A stretch of 64,000 bases of DNA from Amoebophrya sp. A120. Taxonomy: Eukaryota; Protista; Dinoflagellata. The notes below the pieces were generated by a model. The model had not been told where the DNA came from. It ran no database searches and saw nothing but the letters and a program-made list of their open reading frames with translations. The position numbers were made by a program, and so were the translations under genes. Numbering within the stretch: the first letter of the stretch is position 1; each line of letters starts with the position of its first letter. This document shows, piece by piece, positions 1-14,500 of this stretch. The DNA is taken from contig CAJINV010000013.1 of the NCBI GenBank assembly GCA_905178155.1, positions 3,034,158-3,098,157 on the forward strand, read 5' to 3'.

Positions 1-60
1 ACGGCTTCCACCGACACCAGACCTCTGGGCCGCTGGTTCCGACTAGTGCCGAGCTACCCG

Positions 61-2904
61 ATGTGGAGCACATCAAACAACGTCGCCGGAGGAACAAGAA
101 GTGGGTTATTTACCCAGGTCCCGCCAAGAAGTAGTAGATCTTCATATCGTCGCTCTTTTGTCTACAACGAGGACATCAGCAGCAAACAGCACCGTCGAAA
201 AAACTCGAGCAGTTCCAGCTCCTCCGGCCACAGTCCCAGCAAACACCACGACCAAGAATTCATCCATGTGATGCGCACGGCGCGCGAGCTGCCGACCGCG
301 AGCGAGATTTTCGAAGCCCTAGACGCCAACGAGGACGGCACGGTGTCGGCAAAGGAGCTGGACAAAGCGCTGCGAAAAATGGGAAAGTCGGAACGCGTGC
401 GGGAAATCTTGCTGCAGCGAGTCTTCAGCTACCAGGGGGCGAAAGTCTCTGAGAGTGGTGGGACGAGAAATAGAGATGAATCTAGCGGTGGTATGACTTC
501 TGGTGCAGCTGCTGGTGGTTCTACCTCTCCATCTTCTGCAACAGCAACAACCTCACCGCGCCGCTGGAGCAACAGAAAGAGGTTTCCGGACGAGCAAGCG
601 GCGGATCATCAAGGTGATTCTGAGCCCGACCCGCCACCACTCTCTAGAAGGTTACAGAGCATCGTGAACGGTGCGGGCCCTTCTGCCGCGAGAGGACAGC
701 AACACACGCATAATAAAACCTCAGGACAAGTACATCAAAGCGCCAATCTGGACAAGGACCACCGGAAGACCACCCCGTTGCCGCCGTCAAACGTGACGTT
801 TGCGGAGTTCGAGCGGTACTATGAATCGAGGAAAGCGGAACTAGAGCGGGTGTACCACATGCTGACCCACCAGAACAAGAATGATTTGAATTACCCGAGC
901 AACGCGAAGTCCACTTTGGATACGAACAAAATGCGAAAATTGCTGCAACTGGTCGGGAAAAAAGTTTCCGACGAGGAGATCCGGCTGATTTTGCACATCG
1001 CGGAAACGGAGAACAACGGAGTTTTGACCTTCACGGAGTTTGCGCATTGCTGCTTCTTTGCGCCAGACGTGAACCCCGCGGCGGTCTTCGACAACTTCGA
1101 AAAGGACACGTTTTACGAGGCGGACGACAGCGCCAGTTCGGTGCCGAGTAGGCTGGATTACGGTCTGAACAAGGTGACGAAAACGGAGACAGGGGAAGTG
1201 CTTGACAATATCGTGAGGAAAAATCCCCCCCTCCCCATATCGGAAAGGAAATTTGTGATGCTGCATTTGCGTACACAAATTAATCAGTTTGTATTGGTAG
1301 AAGGTCAACAGACGCAGTTGCGGCCTTAACTGCAAGCAATTTTTCATGCTGTTCCCCATTTCGAGTTGCCTCCTGTCATGCTGAAGATGCAAGGCTTTCC
1401 CACACCGCCCAGCACTACAGTCCACTTCTTTTGCCTTCTAGCATGACAACATGACATGTAGTCGCAAATCATGCTACACAAATCCCCTCTTTGATATGGG
1501 GAGGGGGGATTTTTCATTTGGATAGACAATCAGAGCTACGACGAAGTGGTGCGGAAGCTGCTCTGCGGCATGGTGGCGGGAGCGACCTCGCGGACCGTGA
1601 CCGCGCCGATCGAGCGCGCGAAACTGATCATGCAAGCCACGCCGATGAGCACGACGGGCGCGCGGTCGACGTTTTTGGATACGTTCACGCGCATTTACCG
1701 ACACGGGACGCTGTACGACTACTTCCGCGGGAACGGGGCGAATTGCGTGAAGATCGCGCCGGAAACGGCGCTGAAATTTCTGTTGTTCGAGAACCTGAAG
1801 AAGCGGATCGCCCAGGAAACGGAAAACCCGACCACCGTCGAGCGGTTCTTCGCGGGCGGGCTGGCCGGGGCATTAGCCGGCGCGGCGATTTACCCACTGG
1901 AGATTTCCAAAACAAGATTGACCCTCGCGCCGCCGAAAAAGTACAATGGGGTGCTGCATTGTTTGCAGAAGGTGCTCTACCAGGAGGGGATTAAGAACGG
2001 GCTGTACAAGGGGCTGTCCGCTTCGACCATCGGCGTGATTCCCTACGCCGGGATAGATTTGGGCGTAAACTCCCTCCTCCGCGACTACTACAGTCTCAAA
2101 TACGAAGAGCTAAACGAGGAACCCTCCATCGCCGTCATGCTGATGTGCGGGATGATCAGCAGCTCGGTCGCGATGACGTTCACCTACCCACTGAATCTGG
2201 TGCGGACCCGGATGCTATTGCAAGGAAAAATCCCCCCTCCCCATACTTAATGAAAAGGTATAGTTTTGGAAATTTGTGATGCTGATTTGTGGTAGCAAAT
2301 CGCGTCTGTCTTGCAAGAAGGCAACTCCGCAGGCTCCTCCGCATTGTGCAGGCGGTTTGTCATGCTGTTCGGCCTACAGCGCGGACGTTTACCATGCTAA
2401 GCGCCTAAGCCAAAACCTCGCCACTCACCCCTGGCGTGGGCCCTCAGTGCTTTCCAGCAAGACAGCTCGGATTTGTGTACACAGATCCAGCGTCAGAAAT
2501 TTCGCTTCGGTATGGGGAGGGTGGATTTTTCCTTTCAATAGATGCAGATGAGCGGCTTGACGGAGATTTTCACGGAGCGAGTCGCGCGCGGCGAACACTA
2601 CACGAAAATGGAGCAGATAGGCAGTAGTACGATGGGATATAGGAGTACTTCTTCTACTTCGGCGAGTCGTGCAGGATCCTCGGCAGCTGGAGGAGGAGTA
2701 CCACCACCCTCCAATGCGTCCGTCTCTGCCTTTCAAGTCTTCAAACACATATACACCACCGCGGGTGCTCGAGGACTCTATCGCGGCTTCTTCGCGAATT
2801 TGCTCAAAGTAGCCCCGGCGACCAGTGTGAGCTACACCGTGTACGGGTATCTGGACCACTGGTTTGGCTCCGGGGGGAGTGGCGGAATGGTGTCCAGGAG
2901 GTGA
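61..2904 (+). CDS. Ca2+-binding (EF-hand) mitochondrial carrier, SCaMC/ATP-Mg:Pi carrier type; 3 exons split by two introners; frame is open from base 1, so the true start may lie upstream
   Basis: EF-hands (LDANEDGTVSAKEL, AETENNGVLTFTEF) then three carrier repeats (APIERAKLIMQ, YPLEISKTRL, YPLNLVRTRMQ, GLYRGFFANLLKVAP). Removing elements 1209-1524 and 2216-2540 plus one TSD each gives in-frame EVLDNQSYDEVVRKL and LVRTRMQMSG. Confidence 0.9.
1209..1524. mobile_element. Introner, family B
   Basis: TIR tatcgtgaggaaaaatcccccc-ctccccatatc / gatatggggaggggggatttttcatttggata; TSD gacaa (1204-1208, 1525-1529); removal restores frame. Confidence 0.93.
2216..2540. mobile_element. Introner, family B
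   Basis: TIR tattgcaaggaaaaatcccccctccccatac / gtatggggagggtggatttttcctttcaata; TSD gatgc; removal restores the carrier motif RTRMQ. Confidence 0.93.
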
Positions 2905-3424
2905 TGGCCGAGACAAATTTTCCGAGAAATGATGACTGCGGTCGTGAACAAGCGCAAATTGATAGCGCCAGCACGCTCGCAGCAGATAGTCTCAGATAGT
3001 AGAGAACTACCTTCATCACTTCCTCTGCGAGTACTATTGACGTTCTTTTTTCTACAACTGCATGAGAATACAAGTTGTGCATTTCTAAAGTAGGCTTTCA
3101 TCTCATTATTCGAGAGAAGCAAATGCAAAATTCGAGCACTCTTTTCCCTCATTGTTCTCGGCCCGTAGTTGCGCTTCATCTTCTCTTGGGGTTCTTTCGA
3201 CATGTTTTCTTCACGCGAGCGGTCGTGGCGTAGGTTTAGCTCATCTTGACGGTTGCGTTTGGTAGTGGACGCGAGGAGTTGAAGATTGCAGTGTGGGTGA
3301 TGTTTTCTGAGCGAAGCCGGAGGGTATATAGGTACCCCTTTTTTCAACATCCGAGGTTTCAAACCGACACCCAAGGTGGGTAGTTCCAGATTTTCAAAAC
3401 CTACCAAATCTAGATGGCTATCGC

Positions 3425-4640
3425 ATGGTAGCAGCAACAGAAGACCCCTCACCTGGTGAGGGGGAGGAAAAAAATAAGGCAACGCCATTGTCCACTCCTC
3501 CTGCGACAGGAGCAGGAGTAAAAGAGAAGCCGGACGACCACGAGGATCGCTTGGAGCACGATACTTGTAAACCCGAGGAACCAGCACGAGAACAACTAGG
3601 AGAGCCTTTACAACATAACGCAAAAGTGAGCGATAAGCACAGCAAGGCGAAGGCAGAAGCTGCAAGAGAACTACTACGTCGGCAACACGCTCCATCCTGC
3701 TGCCACTTTTGTTGTCCGGGCAGACCGTATCAAATGTAAAAATGTCTGGGTCTGGAAGAATGCAACTTGTGATGCTGCGTCTGCATTATCCAAAAAAGCT
3801 GTATTGCATGAACAGCAAAAGAGGTCTGGTTTTGGTCACGGCGAGAGGGCATTTCTCATGCGGTATAGGCATCAGAAAGCCCTCACAAGATCTGTGATGC
3901 TAGGGCATGCATCGCAGACATCAGGAGTCATGCAAAATGTGCATGACAAACCTTGCACCCTTCCAGACCCAGACATTTTTGCATTTGATAGACCGCTGTG
4001 TTTCCTGATTTTTCTTTTCCTCCTCGTCTTTGCAAGTCTATCCTTCTACGCCAAGCACTTGCAGCGAAAGCACGCCTTCTACGACGAAGGGCCGATCTTG
4101 TTGGGTCGTAGAAAGCGGGTCTTCCATCATGGCAGGCGCGGGCGGCACGGTGGAACGGTAAGAAATTTTCAAGCAAAGCACCAGTTTTTGAACAGAATCG
4201 ATGACGACGCAGATGACGAGGAGCAGCAAGGGGAAGCTGAAACACGTGGTCGTCCAGGAGAGGGAGCAAGCACACCCGATCTTCCGGCAGAAGATGAGAC
4301 CAACATCAACTACGAATACGACCACCAGGATCGGGAAGACGAAAATGAAAATGCGCCAGCAGAGCCGCAACCCCCGCCACGGTACTTTCACCGTCGGCAC
4401 CTCCGTTCGGAACAGCCGACCGTGAACCCGAATAAGCTGAAGGGCTTCGACTACCTCCTTGCCGTGGATCACAAGCAACAGAAGCAGCTCGACAATGCTT
4501 ACTGGGACATGATGGGCAGCGACGATCCCGATGAGATCGACGACCAGATGCACAGCGCGTGGCAGAAAATGCAAAGAGAAGACGCGTTGGTTCTGAAGAG
4601 AACGGCACCAAAAAAGGTGGTCGATGACGATTCAGATTAA
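3425..4640 (+). CDS. Hypothetical single-pass membrane protein (2 exons)
   Basis: ORFs 3425 and 3804 fuse in frame (CCPGRPLCFLIFLFLLVFASLSF) after removing element 3728-3990; one hydrophobic segment. Confidence 0.7.
3728..3990. mobile_element. Introner, family A
   Basis: TIR tatcaaatgtaaaaatgtctgggtctggaag / cttccagacccagacatttttgcatttgata; TSD gaccg. Confidence 0.95.
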
Positions 4641-5878
4641 ACGAATAAACATCTGATGAGCACTCTCGTTGTATGTTGTAGTACTTTTTTCCGCGACCAC
4701 TCGCAATTGCATTTCAGTTGGTTCTTTTTCTCAATCTCATCTCGGCGCAGGAAAAAAGAAAAAGATCATCATGCCGAATTCAGCCTCGAAGAGGTGCGAG
4801 CTCTTTGCACAACGCTTGTGCCGCTATTCATGATGTGTAGGCATCAATTTCAGACTTCCGTCATTCCTGTCATTTCGTCCGCAAGGTTTTTTTCATCTTA
4901 GTCTTGCCGGAGACCGAGAGGAGCAAGCGGATTCGAAGAGATTGTACTTACTTTCGCATCTAATTTTCAAAGAAAAACTTGAGCTGACTGTTTTTCCAAA
5001 TTCTTTATGGTAGCTCTGAGTGAAGGTAGGACTACGAGCATCACAGGCGAACAATGAACGGCCAGCACTCGGTAGAGGAGAGGTCAGGCACTGATATTGT
5101 CTAACTTGGTGGATGGGGGTGGGGGCAAATCGAGAGAGTAGTTCAGCTTCTGTGCGACCATCAAATGCGTACATTGATTCCTACAGAAAATGCAAATGTT
5201 TTGCTCTTCGATGAATCGAGGAAAAAAAAGAGGTATAAAAATTCGAAAGTAGAAAGACCGCATAAATATAGAAGTAGGTCGTGCGTAATTAGCCACCGCC
5301 GGCGCCGGTGAGAATCACGAAGAGTGTGCTTGATTCTCCGGGTCCTCGACTGGTGAGAAGAGACCTGAAGTCGCGGCCACAGCGCACAGGCACAACGGAA
5401 ACGCCAAACCGCGACGGACTAGCTTCGGAAAGGGTCCGGGAGGACGCTGAAACACTGCATCCTCTTCCACATCCACCTCGGTGCTACCCGAAAATTAATT
5501 GTTCCGAAAGAGCTCCTGCCACAGGATGAAGCTAATCCACCGCATACGGGCCCCCGAAGAAACGAGGAATGACTTCTGAATACTTCTTCTTCATCTGATC
5601 CCTAGGGAAGAACAAGAAGTATACTGTGGTGCAGTTCATCTGGACGAGGAGCTGACTAGAGCTAGTGCGCTGCATTTATCGGAAAGCAGTTACCTAGAAG
5701 CGGCACAGCAACCTGATCGAACTCGTACTCGAGCAGCTCGTGCATGGGTGATGCCATTCTGCCGGGCTTGATCAGAGAAAAGGAAGTGAAGGCGACACCG
5801 GTTATTTTGAAAGCAACTAGCGGAACAAATATCTTCAATCCGAACAAAAACCCTCAACAAGCGGCGCATATCAGCAAG

Positions 5879-7819
5879 ATGAGCTCCAATACAAAACCGA
5901 AGCCCCTCACGGAGGTCGAGGGCGCCAATGGCGCGATGTGGAAAATCAACAAGAAGCTGGGATGTATAGCGTTTGCGTGTTTCGTCATTGGATAGGGTCG
6001 GTTGGAATTATTGGAATTCTTTCATGTTCATCTCAATTGTGCTACGTGTCCCACTGTGTTGTATCTATTCACTTTACCACCTACGTTCTTTCGCACATGA
6101 TTTATTACGGGAAAAAAAAATACTATCAGCCGGGAGTTTTGGAGAAGTGTTTCTCGCAACGCAGACATCAGAACGACCACTCGAGCCAGGGACCGAAGTA
6201 GCAGTGAAAGTAGAAGGCATAAAAACGGCACACCCACAACTGGCGTACGAAGCACGACTTCTCTCACTTTTGAGGGGGAACACGGGCATAAGTCAAGTTT
6301 ACCACTCAGGAATGCAGAAAGGGTATGATAAGACTTAGCTTGTTCTTCACGAGTTTTATTACCGTGCTGCAAGAAGGGAGTAAGCCTGGATATCGATCAA
6401 TCAACTCTCTGTCTCTACTAATCGTTTCTGTTTTGAAACAACAAATAAGTACTTACAAAAATCAGCTACAACGTGCTCGTAATGGAGCTTCTGGGCTACT
6501 CTCTGGAAGACCTGGTGGTGATGTGCCACGGAAAGTTCTCGCTGAAAACGTGCCTGTTAGTCATGGACCAGCTCCTGTCAAGAATCGAAGACCTGCACGC
6601 CGCGGGCTTCATCCACAGAGACATAAAACCGGAGAATTTTCTCCTCGGACGAGCGGACAAGGCAAACGTGGTGCACATAATCGATTTCGGTTTGAGCAAA
6701 AAATACTGCGACGGTAGAACGCAGGACCACATACCCTACAAGGACAACAAAAGTCTCACCGGGACGGCACGGTAAGTAGAGTGAGAGATGAATCGCCGTC
6801 GGCATCTTCGTGCATGACAAAAATCAACCTGTTTCAGAATCTAAGTCCATGACAAGCTTACCCATTTTTATCAGGTATGCGTCAATTAACGCCCACAGAG
6901 GGGTGGAGCAGAGCAGGCGAGACGATTTAGAAGCCATCGGGCACATGATGTTTTACTTCCTCAGGGGAAACCTCCCGTGGCAGGGGCTCCCTGCGAAAAC
7001 GAAAGACGAAAAGTAATGAATCAATAAATTCACGTGCTCCACATGGTCAGAGCGTTGTCTTGTTCATAATGTTGTGCTAGCAGCTTCCCACAATTTGATG
7101 GAAAAGAAAGCCACTTGTAGTGATCATGATTACAACATGACCCTTTCCCAGGTACCGAAAGATAAAAGAGAAGAAGATAGAGACTAGCATAGACTTGCTC
7201 TGCAGCGGGTTTCCGGAAGAGTTCGCCACCTACCTGCAATACGTGCGCAGCCTGCGGTTCCAGGTACGATAGGTTTAATACATGGCACGATTTTGGTGTC
7301 TCTCGGAGTTGATGTGCTTGCAGGGCTGATTTTAGTACTTTTTTACTTGTACAATCGGCGGCTTCGGGATCGCATGCAAGGACATGATCTGTGCATGTTA
7401 GACGAAAACAAATCTCAGGATCGACCGGATTATGCCTACTTGCGAGGATTGTTTCAGGAGAGGTACATCGCGGAGGGGTATCACAATGAACCAAAGGACT
7501 TCGATTGGACCGCGAAATTAGCACAGAAACAAGCCAACGAGGCCCAGGCGGCACAGAGCCGAGATAATCGCCCACCACCCAATTCCACCAACGCACTGCA
7601 AAGCAGAGGTATAGAATTTTGTTGTGAATAAATGATGACGTAACGACACGTACTACAACAACTTACGCGTTCTTGTTTTCAAGTTGAAGCGAAAAAAACG
7701 CATGACAGCGTAACATTCGAACTGAAAAAGGTGGCGAGCCGGCGAACAAGCAGGATGGCGTGGTGGCGCAGCCGAAGAGCCGTATGCGAAAGCTTTTTGC
7801 GCTCTGCTCCAAGGGCTAA
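5879..7819 (+). CDS. CK1: Casein kinase 1; about 7 exons, canonical GT-AG introns only
   Basis: Spliced motifs [101 protein letters not shown]. Introns 5964-6129, 6323-6465, 6772-6874, 7013-7151, 7264-7418 and one from 7609; last exon uncertain. Confidence 0.95.
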
Positions 7820-9097
7820 ATGTAATTACAGCTGAAGGTGGTAGTACGGTATCAAGACCAAAAAAAAAGTCTTGGCCCCCCTAGAATGATCCTTTTTTTA
7901 TCACAAAACTACGCAGAGTGAAAGTCAATACTTTGAACACCATTTGAGCAAAATTAAACACCTTTTAGTTTATCGAAGAACGCTGTCAGGAGGAAACACG
8001 GATTCGACTGCGGTCGACTTTCGGCAATTTTGAGATAGTTATCCATTTACGCAATAGAATCGATGCAGCGCGAACTACTTCCGGCTTCGGTGGATTTGTG
8101 AGAGCTCTGTCGCAGCGACCACGAGAAGCAAGGGAGGTGCCCATGCAAACAAGGAGCCCGGAAAATAGTTTCGCGAATCTGCAGTAAGCGATACGTTTAT
8201 GACTTACTTTTTAGACTGAACAATAAATTTAGCGATAGGTCGTGTCTTTCCTAACCGATTTCCCTCATCATGTCCTCTGTGTATGATGTAGCTTATGTCA
8301 CAGTAGTTTTTCCAGAATGTTGAAAAATTCCGTTCCTGTTTGCTGCAATTTTTGAGTATTGCAACACAACAGATACAAGGATCCATTTATTGGTTAATGC
8401 ACAATTGACTTTTTATGTATAGTTTTCAGAGTAGTTGTTTCACTTTCATCTACACGAGCAAACTTGTACCCCATAGAAAGCCTTTCGATCCGGAATGTTG
8501 ATTGCTACCTGTTGTTGACACTACGCACAGGGAGGTCGAATTTGATTCATAGGTTTCAGACACTCACCTAGTAAACCATAGGAATCACCGATTATTAAAC
8601 ACAAAATGCAATTTGCTACTTCAAATTTGGTCACACTTGGAACAACTTATCTTCATTCTGAGCCGCATTAAAACCGGACTCCAGAAAGGATTTGCAATGT
8701 CTGACGTCCATTGTTGAAAATCTCTGCATTGGAGCACTTTGTTCTGAAAAGCCACTTTTGGCAGAAGATCTTTCTCAGCATTCATTGTCAATGCCATGCC
8801 GTCCATAAGTTCACGATCATCAGAGGACTGTACGACCACTTTCTATTTGTCGTGGAAAGATCATGCTTTTTTTACACACTGACTGACACTCCAGCACATG
8901 TTTTGCTCGTAACAAAGACAAACTTGATGTTGATCGAAGCTGTGTAGCACCTAAGTGGAGCACGGAAAGTTTTCCAAGTAGCGACATAAAAAAAAAAGTT
9001 CTTGGTTAGTCCTTGTCCTCTTTTAAGTGCTCCTCTGTTCTTCCCCAAGAACTTTCTCATCTACGAAAAGTACTAATAAATCCAAAAACCCACCAGC

Positions 9098-10709
9098 ATG
9101 GCGACCCAAGCAGCATCCTCTTCCGCTCATCCCGGCGGACCTCAAGACGACAACCCGGCAACAAGCAACCTGACCCCGCAGGACGCGGCTTTTCTTCGGG
9201 AGCACGCGTACCTGGCGAAATTAGCGGAGAAGGAGAGGGAGATCCAGAAGTACAAGCAAATCGCGAATGACGTGCAGAACCGCTTCGAGGACAATTTCGA
9301 GAAAACTTCGCTGCGGTTCGCAATGGTGGACCCGGCGGTGAACATGGAGATTTTGCTATTACAGTGAAAAATGCCCCCACCCCCAAAGTTGCACAAATTT
9401 GTGATGCGAAGTTTCCAAATGAAAACTTTTTGTCATGCATGAAAGGAGTATTTGTATGAATCTTTCTGATGCAGAGTCTAGGCGTGTATCGCATCGCTTG
9501 CATGACAAGCGCCACTCTTGCTGGGATCTTTTGCAATGCAAATTTTTTCTATTCACGATTGGAAGTCTGTGATGCTGATAGATGCAAGAGGGCGGATGTT
9601 TCATTTGGAAAGATTTGCAATACAAATTTCCCCAAGTTCGGGGGTGGGGGCATTTTTCCTCTCAATATCTGCGGCTACGGCAAAAAATACGCTCCCAGGA
9701 CGAGGAAATCGACGCACTGAAAATGGAACTGAAAGCGACACAGTTTAAGCCGACGAGGTAGACATAGTTTCATGTGTAAGTAAGTATTCCTTTATTGCAC
9801 CCTGTAGAAGTTTTGCTTGCAATCTGTGTATTGCATCTACTTTCGTTTCCATCACAAAAGATCAGAAGCATTACACTTCCAATACTATTCTTTCACCCCT
9901 GAATATGAATTAACAGTATCTCCGGGCAAAAGCTGATGAAGAAGTGCCGCGCTCTTTTGGAAGAAAACCAGTCGCTCGGCCGCCAGATTTCCGAGGGCCC
10001 GATTCAGGATCTGCTGGTTGCGCTCGGGTATGAAATGCAAAAATGTCTGGGTCTGGGAACTTGTGATGCTACTTTGTCAATGGTGGGCGCATTGCAATAT
10101 GCAGCCACGCATGACAAGTTTTTGAACTTCTGTGTGTTTCGCTTTCCGCATGACAAACTGCATATTGGCATGACAGGAGAGAGGGCCTTTTTCCTGCTCG
10201 TGCATTACAGATTTAAGAGTCGTGTGACGCAAGCACGACAAACTTGCACTCTTCCAGACCCAGACATTTTTGCAATCCATATCGGGAGCGAGAGGCAAAC
10301 GGTGAAACAGTTGAAGGAGAAGCTGAAGCAGTCGGAAACCGCGCGACTTGAACTTGATAACGAGTGCGAGCGGCTGTGTGCCCTGGTGGAGTCAAACGGG
10401 GGCATTAGTGAGCTCCCCGCGATGGAAAACCCGATGTACAGCGAGATGATGTCCGGCTTGGGGTACAACAATTCATCCGCTGGTGTCGCGGGCGGTGGGA
10501 CCCACTCCGCGTCTTCTAACGGAAACGAGAATTTCGAGAAGGAGGACGGCACGACGAAGTCGAAGAAATCCTCTACGGGAGAGAAGCGGTCCGGGAATGA
10601 TAAGAACGGGGAAAATGGGGTGGACAAGAAAAAGAAAGACCGAAAACGAAGAAAGGTCAGTCCCGGGGCCAGCGGGGCGGTGGAAGAGAAAGAGGAACGG
10701 AGTAAATAA
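9098..10709 (+). CDS. WTAP: WTAP/FIP37/Fl(2)d-family m6A writer regulatory subunit
   Basis: Reconstructed MVDPAVNMEILRLRQKI...ATQFKPTSISGQKLMKKCRALLEENQSLGRQISEGPIQDL matches the WTAP core (LLDPAIN...FTPDSQTGKKLMAKCRMLIQENQELGRQLSQG). Two introners plus one GT-AG intron (~9758-9917). Confidence 0.85.
9357..9667. mobile_element. Introner, family D, imperfect TSD
   Basis: TIR tattacagtgaaaaatgcccccaccccc / gggggtgggggcatttttcctctcaata; TSD tttgc / tctgc; internally the reverse complement of 53212-53517. Confidence 0.9.
10029..10281. mobile_element. Introner, family A
   Basis: TIR tatgaaatgcaaaaatgtctgggtctgg / ccagacccagacatttttgcaatccata; TSD tcggg; removal gives ALGSERQTVKQL. Confidence 0.93.
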
Positions 10710-11582
10710 CAGTTCGTAATGAACGGCTGGATATGAATGTGTTGAGCAGCGCGACATATCTACAAGACAATTCCGATTTTCACTGACAGCTTTTCACTAC
10801 ACAATAGACTGAACAGTTTGAGTCTTAAACAGAAATGTCTAGCAACGAGCTGAGTATCCTCTCTCAGAGAACTGAAGTAGCGCGCTCTACGGCTGTTTTC
10901 TCGATCGTCTGGCGTGAATTTTGTTCGCTTGTGGAACTGGATGGTTTGTATTTGTGCCTTCTAGTTCTATCAAATCAAAAGCGTGAAGCTACCTGCTACT
11001 CTTTCGTATAGTTAGTTGTCCACGCAGGTCTTCGTCTTTCTTTTTCGTCAATGTGATCTTCATCTTGCATTCGGTGCAGCCTCTCATGCTTCGTCCCTGT
11101 CGTTGTGGCTCTGTCAGGGAAACAAAAGAAGAGAAAGTCGGCAAGGTTCTTCGGTTTGCAAGGGTCGGTTGGGCTTGGGTACTTATTTGGGTCTGCATTA
11201 GGAACAAAGAGTTACACTCCTGCTCGGCCTGGGCATGCAAGAAATGTACGTCGGAATTCGTCAAACAATGTAAATGAAATCGTCCAGAATGTAATTTAGC
11301 GCTGTTTTTTTACTAAGTAGTTGATGTCCAGACAATTCAACCCAATTTAAGTAGGCTCGCTACATTTTGGCACATCTACCTACAACCTATCAATTTTCAT
11401 CATAGGGTGGAGCCGCAGGGCAAGGTTGCTGGGGCGGATGTTTTTTTGAAAGTATGGGATATTAGCTACATACTTGTACATCAGTATTTGATGATGTTGA
11501 AGACTTTTTAGTGTTACCAGCTTCAGCATTTTTACAACTTGAAATCTTGGCTGATATAAGTACCATACTACAGAAGTTTAAA

Positions 11583-14500
11583 ATGTCGACCACTCTACTA
11601 CGGCAACAGCAGCGTCAGCACGACGACATGGAGGCGGAGATTTTCGAGGATATGTGCTCCATGACGATGACGAGTACTTCCTTGAATCTGGCCGAGAAGG
11701 GTTTTGACATTGACAAACTCGCGAACCAGGCTTTTTTTGAAGAGGACCTCCCGGGTTTCGCCCACTTTGACGTCGTGGAGCATGACCAGCACGGGACGAA
11801 CACTATCAACGACTCGAGCTCGCTATGCATTGCAAATATGTCTGGGTCTGGAAGTCGATAACTTGTGATGCTGTCTTTGGATTCCAAAAAAATCTGTATT
11901 GCATGACTAGCAAGAGGAGTCCAGTTTGTGCCACGCGGGAAGGGCGTTTCTCATGCAGAATAGGCATCAGGAAGCCCCCTAAAAATCAGTGACGCTAGTA
12001 GGGCATGCATTACAGGCGTCGCGGGTCATGCAAAATATGCATGACAAACCTTTGGCAATCTTCCAGAGCCAGACGTATTTGCATTTCATACTCGCCCAAC
12101 CGCTACATCTACAACGAGGCGGAACTGCAGAGAGAGCAGGAAAGACGAATGCGGCAGCAACAAAATATTAACCATCAAAGCCAGAACAACCAGCAGGTGA
12201 ACAACAACTATTCCCAATCGACAAACAACTTCAGTCTAAACATGGCAAATCGACAGCAAGAATCACTTATCAAATGTAAAAGTGTCTAGGTCTGGAAGAA
12301 TGCAACTTGTCATGCTGTCTTTGGATTCCAAAAAAATCTGTATTGCGTGACCAGCAACAGGAGTCCAGTTTGTGTTACGCGGAGAGGGAGTTTCTCATGC
12401 GGAATAGGCACTAGGGAGCCCTCTAAAAATCTGTGATGCTAGATCATGCATTACATGCATCATGGATCATGCAAAATCCCGAAGTCTTCCAGACCCAGAC
12501 ATTTTTGCATTTGATATCACTCTCCTTTCTGCGTGACCCGAGCTACACCCGCACGGTGTCGACCTATCCTGTGCAAAAGTATCGTACTCGTAGTAATTGC
12601 ATTTATGCATTACAAATCTCTTTCTCAAGGTAAATCAGCACTACAAATTCAATTTGTAATGCTGGGCTAATTTGTAATGCAATTTATACTAGTACGATGC
12701 TTCTGCATTTCATACGACCGCGCACCAGACGACGCTGCTGTTTAGTCAGGAAAACGAGGACGAGGAGGCGTTGTCAGGTGAAGACGAAGAGAATATGCCC
12801 GGTGGTCATAATGCAGCAGCTGTAGAGCGAGAGCAGCAGGACCATGATCTTCACAGGGACGTCTACTCTTCGGATGACGACCTTAGGCGGATTGCTGCGA
12901 AGGCCGCCCCAGAGAACAACCGGAATATAATTAACAAAACTACCAGTCCCAAATCTAGGGCAAGCCAGAGTTATGAGGGCGAGCATGGAGATTCGCTGAA
13001 GAAAACGTCAACAAACAACAGCAACACAACGCATGAGCAGGACCACTTGCAGGGGACTCAGCAGGACACACAGATCCTCAACGACACGCTTTCCTCTCTG
13101 GGACAGCTCGACAACGCAGATCGGCCGAAGAACGACAGCTGCGCAAGCGAGTACCAGGTCCGGAGTCCGCCGAGGAGTCCGAAACAGGGAGCATTAAGGA
13201 ATGACGAGGTCGGAGGTGACGTGCCGAATATCAACACCAGCCAAAAAAAGCAGCTACAGAGACCCGGGTCCGCGCCGTGCCTCCCGAGTCGGATCCGCTA
13301 TTTAGTTCAGCTACCGAACAACAAGAAGGAGAACCACGTCGCGCTGGCCAACGGGCATTTGTCGAGGAAAACGAAGGAGAACTTGAATCTCGAACCCGAA
13401 GACTACCACCGCGCGTTAGACCACAACAGCCGAGTGCACGATTTGCAGGAGTTGTTGCTGAAGCAAAACATGAAAACGTCGAAGAAATACCACGCCTTCG
13501 TGGAGATGCTGAAGGACCGGAAGAGGAACGAAGCCAGCCGGTTCCCCCGACGGTGTGACCTGATGCAGATCGAGACGTTTTTCAACCTACGCGACTACAG
13601 CAGTTCCGAAGGGCCAAACATCGACTTGGCGGACTACAACGCAAGGTTCAAGCGGGACAAGCCCGGGACGCTGCAGATGATCTTTGTTTTCTACGCGAGG
13701 CTCTACACGGTGTTGAAGAACATTGAGGAATACCAAATCCGGCTGGGGTTGAACAACTACGACAGCAGCAAGGAATCGACCTCCTTTTTCCTGCCTTACG
13801 ACATGAGCAAACACTCCTTGACACTGCGGGAGATCAAGGATTTCTGGCTGGACTTCAACCTGAAAAAGCACATCAACTGGTACAAGTGCACCCAGATCTA
13901 CCAGGCGGTGAACACGAGGCCGACTTTGGACAGTCAGAACCGGGTTGGGTTGACCCTCGAGGAATTCGTGAAGTTTTTGGTCCTGATCGCACAGGAAATT
14001 TACCGATTTCAAATCGTCAAGCCGCACAAACGGGTGCAGACCTTGGTTTCCTTTTTGAACCTCCACAGGTGGGACAGCGTGAAATCCCATTTGCGGAACT
14101 GTTTCCGGTATGCATTGCAAATATGTCTGGGTCTGGAAGAGTCAAAACTTGTGATGCGCATTTCACAACACATGAAAATCTCTCATGCACAGGCAGCAAA
14201 AATTTCCCACCTTCTGTCACCAAAATGGGGCATTCGTGATGCGGATTCGGCATTGCGGAAGCTTCTCGAAAGCTGTGATGCTAGAACTCGTCCCATGCCA
14301 GACCTTCTGTGCCATGCAAAAGCAGCATTACTCGTCCAGACCCAGACATATTTGCATTTGATATCCGGGACCACCACCTGCAGAAGTACGATGAGTTGAC
14401 GGATTATGGAAGTGTCAGAATCGGAATTGACAAAATCGAAAAATTTGCGATGCATAAAATCGATACCAGTTGGAGCCTCAGTTTGTAACTGGCGCATGAC